Part shown: one piece after another, positions 54,801 to 64,000 of the stretch
Numbering within the stretch: position 1 is the stretch's first letter
Layout of the letters: each line of letters begins with the position of its first letter
Source of the DNA: Takakia lepidozioides
Taxonomy: Eukaryota > Plantae > Bryophyta
Reading direction: 5' to 3'
Length of the DNA: 64,000 bases
Assembly (NCBI GenBank): GCA_030704615.1
Contig: CM060734.1
Span: 30,938,001-31,002,000 of the forward strand
Made by a program: the position numbers and the translations under genes
The notes under the pieces: model-generated
The model's input: the letters and a program-made list of their open reading frames with translations, nothing else
Database searches by the model: none
Told to the model about the DNA's origin: nothing

Positions 54801-56984
54801 GAATCAGAGCTGGAGTGCACCTTCACAAGCTGCTAGATTATCAACAAGTGCAGCTTCTCTGGATGCTGTTGGCGAGCCTTTGATGTGGCCTGAGTCGGGC
54901 TCCACTGTTACCACGGACTTGAACTTGGTGAACTTGATCAGACAACCTTCACCACCTCCAGTGGTTGCCCCTGTACAGACACTCCCAGCTGGCTTGGACT
55001 CTCTTGATCATTTGCATGCCGAGTTACGGCCTTCTGATGTTGCAGACCCTCGACCTGGGCCTCCACATGCCTTGGAAGATGACTTTGCTCAATCAAAGGG
55101 GCCCAAACATTTGCATATTGTAAGAGGCCTCCAGCCCTTCAGTGCTTATGTATATTTCTTCTGAGTTGTAGAGACATGTCTAAAATGGTAGACCCCTGCA
55201 GGGTCCCTTTGTCAATGGCAGGATGTGTTTCTTAGAGTTGTGCAAACTTCCCTTTCTGGATAGTGTGAGGAGTTTGTGATGAATATCTATAGTTCAGATT
55301 CATGGATTGAAAGCCTGTTATGCAGTCCACAAAAATGATGGAGGAATTCATGCAAATGGCTAAGCTCAACACTCAACAAAATCTTGAAACCTGTGGGGTG
55401 CTCGCTGGATCCCTTGTAAGTGTATCCATGCACTTTTCCTTCCCTACCAGTTGCATGCACTTATTTTAGTAACTTATTTAGGTGCCTCATGTGAATGTGG
55501 TCATCTCATATCTGTCATTAGATCCATGCAGCTTAGAGATGTTCTTTAGAGCACCATTACAACTCGTCTATGGTTTGGGTTTCAGAAGAAGGGCATCTTC
55601 AATGTGACTACACTCATTGTACCTAAGCAGGAAGCCACATCAGATTCCGTAAGTATCACTTCTGCTCAGAGTGGAGACGGCCTTGGGTTTCCTCATTTTG
55701 AAGCCTTCAACTTAGCAGGAATCATATTTCTTTGGCTGTTGATTGCTGTTTAAATGGGCTTATGTGTTCCAAATTGTTGTACAGTATGGGATCTTTTCTT
55801 ATCTCAGTTTTGGTTTCTGCTGTTGGGTTGCAGTGTCAGACTGTGAATGAGGAGGAGATTTTTGAATCTCAAGACAAACGTGGTCTTTTCCAACTTGGAT
55901 GGATTCATGTGAGTAGTCGAGCCTTTTTGTACAGTGGTCTTTTTGCTTGATCACCAGAGTGTCTGCTCATATGTCTTGGAGCTTTGGTGTATGTTTTATC
56001 TACCAGATCTTGCTCAGAAAGTTCTTTGCAGAATGGTCGGAATGTGGCAAGAGGGCAGATTTTTATGTACATATCTTGTGACTGGCTGCTGTTTTGTGCA
56101 GACACATCCATCCCAATCGTGTTTTATGTCTTCCATTGACCTTCACACTCACTACTCATACCAGGTCAGACATCAAAGCACCTTCTTTGGGTGTGATACA
56201 CCTTATGAGGTTGTTGACATAGTTACTGAAAACTGGAAGTTCCTACAAGTCTTAGATGTGGAAATAGCTGCAATCAGGTCTTTGCTTGAATGTTTGAGCA
56301 GACCTCACTTTTGTCCACCCCTTTTTTCTCCCGGTCTCTCTCTACCTCGACAGCCATAAGGAATTAGAGAAGCTCATGTTAAGTCTCCACTGGTGTCTAT
56401 TGTTTGTCGCATGTTTCCTTTACTGTGGAGCTGGATTTTATTTGGCTCTTTTGAAGCTTATGATGACTTAGTTCAGATTTTATTGAGCAGCATGTTAATA
56501 GGCCCATAAATCTTAGGTTGGTTCTCACTCCAGTCGTATAGAAAGTACTCCTACGACGTCCACTCCAGTTGTGTAGAATGAGCAATTTTTATCTTGGATG
56601 TGGACACCTGTTTTCGTTCCAGTTCTAACGTTGAACTGTCTTTTTGAACAGATTATGCTGCAGGAGGCCATTGCCATTGTGATGGCGCCCACAGACCCCT
56701 CTCGGTAAGCTGTTTTATTTGTCTCAAATTTCTTGCTTGGAGGAGTTAAAAAATGATGAGGGATGAACATGTGGAATATTTCTTGAGAATGGCATGGAGT
56801 GGGGTGCAGGACATATGGTATATTCCGTCTCGCTGATCCTGGAGGGGTGAAGGTTATACAACAGTGTCAAAAGCGTGGTTTTCATCCCCATGAGGAACCT
56901 CCAGATGGAGGTCCTATATATGAGCATTGTGCTCATGTGTTTATGAACCCCAACCTTGCTTTTGACATCATTGATCTTCGTTAG
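51871..56984 (+). CDS. AMSH3: AMSH-like JAMM deubiquitinase (AMSH3-type), about 14 exons
   Basis: N-terminus LDVDNRLSIKLYYRTADNLLKQ/ASIYREEKNVIDLYILLLRFS; NLETCGVLAG; intact JAMM [25 protein letters not shown]; C-terminus CQKRGFHPH...IIDLR*. Confidence 0.93.
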
Positions 56985-58647
56985 GTTTCTCCCCACATCT
57001 TAATTCTTGTAATTACTTTGCAAATAAGCAAGTTGATGTATTTTAAGTGTTCTCAGCCTTCAAATTATAGTTTGAGGTTCTGCAGCTGCTCCATTATGTC
57101 TTTCAATTGCAGAAATGGCAACCTCTCCCAGAGCCCACATGGGCCTTTCACCCTTCTGTAATGCTTTGATGGGGTATTTTGTAGTTCAGGCTATTGTGTC
57201 TTCGAAAAGGACTTGCCCTTTAGAACTCTTCAAAATGTTAGTGGACTTCCCACTGCTGGCAATTTATCTTGCACGCAACACCTCTTTCAGTGTAGTTCAG
57301 CACCAAATTAAGGGACAATGCTGATCTGTGATACTGTTTTTACTTGCAAGTTCCACCTCAAGGATGGGACAAGGACATTTTGTCATGGGGAGGTGACCCT
57401 TCTGCAACATGAGCTGGTTTTGCTAAGGTTGTCACTGTGATGCCAATCGGCAGGTCTTAGTTGGCCTTATGGTATTCCATCTATCCATGGAGAGTGGTTT
57501 AGAATTACCTTGAAAATATGGAAATATGCCCTTCAGTTACAATATGGGCGATGAGATCTTAGGTGCATTAAAGAGAAGACCTCGGGCAAGCTTTGTTTTT
57601 CATGTACTGACATTGTATGCCATTGTTTTTCCCTCTGAAACCACATGAAGTTTTATGATGCGCATAATGGATTTTATTCGGTGATTCTGTGACATTTGAA
57701 GCAGATTAAGAAACAGAATCATTTGTCCTGATTCCGCTCTTTCCACTAGCGGATTGTGCCATGGTGTAATGGGCTAGTAGACTTTTCCACAGGCTGTTTA
57801 TGGTATACAACCAACCTGTATCTGCCAATTATGGTGGGTTCCAGGCAACTCAACCTCTTGGGCCACAATGGCAGGTGCGAGGCCGGTTCCAAAGTACATT
57901 CTGTGGAGTCCACTTTGTTGTAGAGGTGAACTATGGTGAGTTGTGTTCGATCTCATGTTTTGTAAACTATTATGGCCGCAATGTGTCAGAGTGGTTGAAC
58001 ACAGGGCCTTTCCTTTGGAGTTCATGCAGTTATCTTTAAGTTCAGACCCTCTTCTATATAATCTGAGAGGTCTATTGGTCTCCTCAAGTGAATGTGATGA
58101 TGTGTAGTGTGAAGAACAAAAGAAGGTTGACTCCTACTGAAGCAAGCGTGATGTATAATATCATTTCACTCTGAAGGACTGCGGTCTCTTTAGTTTGGAA
58201 GATGAACTTTCGTGCTTGGTGAACTTTGTAAGAGAGGGGAGAGACTGATTTGTTGTTGAACTGAGATTAATCACCTGTGTCAATCAATCACAATTTTTGC
58301 ACCTGCGAGCTGCTGACAGTGAGCTCTACAAATTGGAACTGTCCATGTTGTAACAAATAAGATTATGGGTTGTGGGAGAAATTCCACATCTAGTCCTTTT
58401 TTCCAGCATCTGGCAAATGCCCCGGTGGTAAGTTAGGGCACAAGATGGCATTACAAGTGTGGTCACATTCATTTCCGATACCGATCATGAAACACCATGA
58501 GCTACATTCCCTATACCATACTCGATATGGTTAAATACTGCTACCCGACACTTGGATTCAAAAGCACAAAATACATGTTCAATGTCATCCACAATTGCCA
58601 ACCCTACTATAAAAATAGAGGTAGTTGGATCAACCAACTATGGGCGA

Positions 58648-58866
58648 AGCAGTTGAAATCCCTCAATTCATATCCCTCCATATTGGTTTAAAAGCATGCA
58701 GGTCTTTGAACACAACCCTTGTCAGACAAGAGTTTCGTGTTCAGAAACTCTACTGTTAAGGCGACGCAGTTCAAATCCCTCAGTTCATATCCCTCCATAT
58801 AGGTTCAAAAGCATGCTGGTTTTTGAGCTCAAGCACTGTGAGACAATAGTTTTGTGTTGAGAAACC
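58648..58866 (+). repeat. Two-copy about 118-bp direct repeat
   Basis: gcagttSaaatccctcaRttcatatccctccatat...aaaagcatgc...gaaac at about 58648 and 58766. Confidence 0.85.
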
Positions 58867-59505
58867 ATTTTCAATCTTTAAATTCATTACTAAAAATTGT
58901 CGACATTGATGTTCTCAAAGCGAAATAATCTCAGACCTTCTCAGATTTTGTGCTAAAATTCACGGCACAAGAAGGAATATCCTGGTTTTATTGATGATCT
59001 AAATACAGATGTACATGTTAACTCCGTTCCTAAAGGAAATTTCATTAAGCGAAAGTATCCTCATATGTTATACTGTCTATATTGTCCTGTAAATCATTTC
59101 AATCAATATCGTTATATTTTCTGCTTACAGTGTGTTTGGTGTTATTATAAGATGAGGGAACAAATACATTTTTCGAGTTCTATTTAGCATCACATTTCAA
59201 TAGCATTAGAATTGTATTTTGTATCAGCTACAACTATTTTGTTTTCGTTGCATGAAATTGTTGCGATATTTTTTCTTTTAAGGTTCTCTTTCATCAATGC
59301 AAAACCCACCGCTCCTTAGGCTGGTGTATCACCAAGTATTTCTCAATGCGAAATTCGCCGCCGCTGCTATAGGTTTAGGGTTTTTGGCTACACTACTGAA
59401 GGTTTCGCCTCGCTAGATTGGTGCAGATGTACCGTATAAATGCACCAGTCCTCTACATCCGCTAATGGTTTTATTCCATTCTGAAAACATATAACTCCTA
59501 TGACC

Positions 59506-62080
59506 CCGAAAAAGACATTGACCATGACCCCCCATGCTATGTATCGGCCCTCGTTTTTCCAATATCTATGCTCAATACGGTTGTTACATTCCCAACGACA
59601 GACTCACATGGTTATGGGTAAATTACTCCGCTACAAGCACATATTTGCACACATTACAACCCCCCAAACAAGACTTTGTCACTGAACTATGTTGGCTTGT
59701 AGACCGCTATCTTAAAGATCCCCCCCCCCCCCAAGAAACCACGTACCCTCATTAATGGACTGGCAACGGCATGCGCTCATAACACTCTACCCCTGGACAT
59801 TCTCGCATTGACTCATCAACTCATTCCAACTCACTCATTCATACTACTCCAACCCGCTTACATGCCCTGTGGAACTAACTACATTTGCATGCCCACACCA
59901 CAGAGATTGCATCTTCGGTGCCACAGGCACTGCCACTCAGCATACCTGGGCTGGCAGGGGCCTTGCCCACCCTCCCCCTGGTACCCCCGCTCATGAAGCT
60001 CTCCAATGGGCACGCTACGCCGCTCACTCCTCCCTCCATGCTTTCACAATACTCATACTCACACAACAAAAATCACCTAACGATTCTCATCCCCTTCTAC
60101 GCCTCCCAACAGGGGTTAATTTACTAGCCACAACCAAACCAAACTAGCTTAAATACGTGCATACCCCACCCCTCCCCAAAAAACCTCCGGCAGATCGAAC
60201 CCACTCTAACCCTTATTTTACACGTCCAACACTCATCCCCCATCGATATACCAATACTTTTTTTTGAGTCACCTAAACCACCTGCTAACCCTGACGCACA
60301 AAATGAAGGCTGCTACCCTACACCCAAATATCCACTGCTCACCCACCTCTTCTTGTAACCATATACCAGTCTCATTTCCCAAAATTAAACCAAACAAAGC
60401 CTGGTGAAGGGCGCTGCCGCGCCCTTCCCTGGCCATCCCGCCAATAGCTACACCCCCTATTTCCCCCCCTATACCGACAGACTATCCCCCTCACATACCC
60501 ACCATCTAACTCCCACTATACCGATGGCTCCCTCACCAAACCTAATGCCGGATATGGAGTATATCACGTTGCCACTAACCAGGGCATCGCCGCAGACTTC
60601 CTAGCCCTGCCACCATATTGCATGCTAAACTTATGGCTATTTTTGAATAGATGTCTTCCCTCCTCCATACTACATCTTCACAGATAGCCTTACATCACTC
60701 TTTCTTATTCAAAATCACATCTCCCGTCCCTCCTCGGGCACCATCATCACCCAGACCGCAACCTCATTACAGAATTGTCAACCTCGCTATCTCCAAAGGC
60801 CACCCTGTCCACCTCCTCAAGGTTCGCTCGCACACTGGCATCCATGGTAACGAGGCTGCGGACACCCTTGCTCAAACATGCGCCTCTAAACCTCCAGTGG
60901 ACCCCACAGACGACCCTATATACATCGCTCATACCCATCCCTTTTGGTTCATACACCCCGTCCCAGCAGCCCCCCGGTACCCAAACCGATCCGTAATCTT
61001 ATGACCACTCTCACTCGTGAAGCTAACAAACAAGCCATAGCATCTATAAGCCACACCAAAGTACACATTCAGAAATGGACCCAGTCCACAGTCCTCCATC
61101 ATTAGTTGTCAAACCACTTCTGGCACACCAAAGCCACTACTAATGCACAAATCCGACAAACACTCAAATTCAGGTACGCCCAATACATGGGTCACCAACT
61201 TAAACACATTTTCCAACCACATCTTTTCTCTTCCTCATATTACCCGTTATGCTCAAATACCCACCATGTACATGACACCTGGCCACACCTCCTTAGCCAA
61301 TGTACCCATCCAATCATTCATGGCCTTCATATCACCCGTCACAATCACACAGTCTAGCATATCCATAAACTCCTTTTGAGCCGCGCTGAAACCATGTGGT
61401 TCTCACTCATGAACGCCGGCACCTACCAAGGCCGACCACCAGACCACACTGTACCACCATGGTTGCTCCCATGTATATGTACCCGCTCACCATGCACTTG
61501 CCCTGCCAGACTCTGTCCTGATATTCTACTTGTTCAAGGCCTGCCCACCAGCACCCTACCACCCACTACACCATCCCCACAAGTCACCATCCACTTTATT
61601 GAATTTACATACTGATATGATCGCTACCCCAATGACTCGATCTTAGAAAAACGACAAAATTATGCTCCGCTTATCCTTGCAATTCAAGGTAGGGGTTGGC
61701 TCACCGGCCCACTATCTGTCATCACAGTCGGAACTAGTAGAGGCGGCATACATAATGCCAGTATCAACGCTATACATGACAACTTCAAAATCCCCATCCC
61801 CCCATTCATAAATGTTTCAAAGCAATCCACCTCACGGCACTTCGATCCCTCACAACTATTATTACCAACAAACGGCAACTGGAATCCAACTTTACGACGG
61901 TACCCCTAGGTACCCAGGGTACCCCTAAGTACCCTTGGAACCACAAATACCTCTATACCCCGGTTACTTGGTGTCCTACAGGACACCCTTTCTCTTATAA
62001 GGCCCACCCCCAAAATGGGGCAGTAGCCGCAAGGTGAAGTGGCTCTTAGTTACGTCGGCTTCGGCCGGAGTCTTCTCTCT
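59506..62080 (+). mobile_element. 5'-truncated non-LTR retrotransposon with RNase H, CCHC and restriction-like endonuclease (Dualen/RandI-like)
   Basis: RNase H: YTDGS, IFTDSLTSL, KVRSHTGIHGNEAADTLA. Zinc-finger remnant PLC..HDTWPHLLSQC and RHN. RLE: LCPDILL...HFIEFTY*YD...EKRQNY. (CT)n tail. TSD CTCCTATGACC at 59495-59505 and 62081-62091. Confidence 0.82.
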
Positions 62081-62544
62081 CTCCTATGACCGAGGTTAAA
62101 AATCATAAAACTTCCATGACCGTGGGTTGTGCTCACCTGCGCGTGAGCATGCTCATGCGGTGTTCTCGCAATATCAACCCCGAGTCATTCTCTTTGGCGG
62201 TGTTGCTTGAGGCTTGATTTGTGAGTGGTCACTCCCGGGCATTTCCCTTCTTGGAAAAAAAAGAAAAAGGAAAATCAGGTCTCTTTGAATGGCAACATAA
62301 AAGACTATTATTCTCAAACAACTAATTTAGAGGTAGGGTGCGCTAGGATGGCAGGCTCCGCCCATAGGGCTTGGCGGAGGACAACACCTAAGTATGACGA
62401 GGCTAACGACACATCCATTATACACCTATGTAACTGTAAAGCAATATTATAAATTGTGCCCTAACCACTAGGACATCCATAGGATGCTAACCATTAATTA
62501 CTTAATAAATATATCGAAAAAATGGAGAGATAATTCATCCCAAA

Positions 62545-64000
62545 AGACCCTCATCTTTCTCGAGTTGAGCCTCACCGCGCCTAGCTATGGCGCCGTAGTG
62601 TGGATTCCCCATGGCGTGGGGTGCACTTGGCTTGACTTGTAATTGAGTGATAAGGTTATATATGCATGAGTTTATGCTTCAGCTTTGTAAGCTCGCATGA
62701 GCTTGTGCTTGTATTCTTCTTCTTTATCACTCGAGAAAGATGAGCTCGTATCTGTGAGTGCCAGATACGAGTTAGTTGTAGCACTTGTGGTTTTTGCTTG
62801 AGGATGAGAGAAACCAGGTTGTTATGCAAGGAGCACCGTGGAGCCCTTGGTTGTTTAGAAGCGGAGGCGATGTGGGTTACGAGGTGGTAGACCTTGGCAT
62901 TCGATCTTCAACTTCAGAGATGAAAGCACCATGCTGCAGGTAATTCCAGAGCACCTTGATGGTTTCAGATTGTGTACATGCATGAGCAAGCACGATTGGG
63001 AAGATGACCAGTCAAGAGCATCTTATAGTGGCTTTGGTGGCAAAGCTGAGAACTAGACTTGGGAATGCGAGCTTTCATTGTGTGAAGGATTGCAAGACCA
63101 AGCGAAAGGGCTGATTTGGCTTGGGGCAAATCAGTGCACTTTGTGGAGTATGTTGAGATTGGGTTTCAATCTCGAGCTTCAGCATTGAGAGGGCTCTTGT
63201 CATGGCAAAAGCAGGGCTGGAACAGGAGCTAAGAGGTGCGGCAAGGCCATGGAATGTGCACCTAGGGTTTCAGAGCTTGGAAGAAGAGCTCTTGCACCAC
63301 AAGAGGAGTGTCTTGTGGCTGGAAATGTAAGCCTTAGGGTTTCAGGAGCTTAGCAAAGGATGTGGAGTGCTTAGTCTTGTCTTAGAGAGCATCAAGGAGC
63401 CAAGGAGCCAAGATAGGGGGCTGATATTACCTCTTGTGTGAAGAGGATGCATATGTGGAGCATGCATGCAGCCCATTGAAGCTTCCATCTTCAAGCTTGG
63501 AGGGCAAGCAATGAAGAGGGAAGGGCTGACTTCTCTTATGTGAGGGCAATGCATGTGTGGAGCATGCTTTCAGCCCGTTGAAGGCTTGCATTTTCAGGTT
63601 TGGGAGTGCAAGAAAGGAATGAAGGAGTTGATTTCCCTGTAGGGCATGTGTGGAGCATGCATTCAGCCTAGTTAGGCCTCCATCTTTAAGCTTTGGAGAG
63701 CTAGAAGAGAAGGTAAGGGGCTGATCTGCTCTTATGTGACAGTCCGACACTTGTAGAGCATGTTCTGAGTTGGGGTTTCAACTACAAGCCTAGGTAGAGC
63801 ATGGCTCTTGAAGTGGCAGGTGTAGGGGGCTGGAATAGGCTCTAAGACACATTCTATGGCCAAGGAGAGCGCATGAATAAGTGCCTACAAGGGCTGGAAG
63901 TCAGCCATGTTTGGTTAGTCGCCATAGGGATCAATGGCGCTGTTTTGTGAGTTAAAAAGAAGCTTGTGCACTTAGTTTCGGTTGCAAACATCTTCCTTTG
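62545..64000 (+). mobile_element. Non-coding LTR/leader-like repeat running off the window
   Basis: Hairpin module homologous to 7410-7690, followed by G-rich non-coding sequence with about 95-105-bp tandem repeats (gcatRtgtggagcatgc.. at about 63448, 63551, 63643). Confidence 0.45.

Noticed and set aside
62019-62072. Known self-cleaving ribozyme (hammerhead, HDV, twister)
   Set aside because: The catalytic core consensus of these classes was not matched by eye. It is reported only as a structured tail.

Overview
Eukaryotic genomic DNA from a land plant with spliceosomal GT-AG introns. A non-flowering lineage such as a bryophyte is likely, but that is inferred from gene and TE content only. 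1-29 kb is a nested, decayed transposon cluster. It contains an isolated transportin/MOS14-like exon and a 17.4-kb PIF/Harbinger TIR pair (TAA TSD). The TIR pair encloses a Myb/SANT pseudogene, a SURNod19 pseudogene, an LTR retrotransposon remnant and a MULE-SWIM transposase remnant. Two tRNA-type SINEs, a truncated Ty1/copia element and a LINE scrap follow. 29.8-57 kb is a gene island with five apparently intact genes: EBS/SHL-like BAH-PHD, isochorismatase/nicotinamidase-like, WAT1/UMAMIT, RabB/Rab2 and an AMSH3-like deubiquitinase. 59-64 kb holds a TSD-flanked, 5'-truncated LINE with RNase H and a restriction-like endonuclease, plus further repeats. There are three highlights. (1) The LTR retrotransposon polyprotein reads Gag-(2 zinc knuckles)-protease-DNMT3-like cytosine methyltransferase in one frame and has extra ORFs on both sides. 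(2) The EBS/SHL gene has two tandem homologous exons encoding alternative second halves of the PHD finger, with the signature of mutually exclusive splicing. (3) A complete SINE shares a covarying structured 3' tail with the Dualen/RandI-like LINE. All family assignments come from motif recognition by eye; no database search was run.
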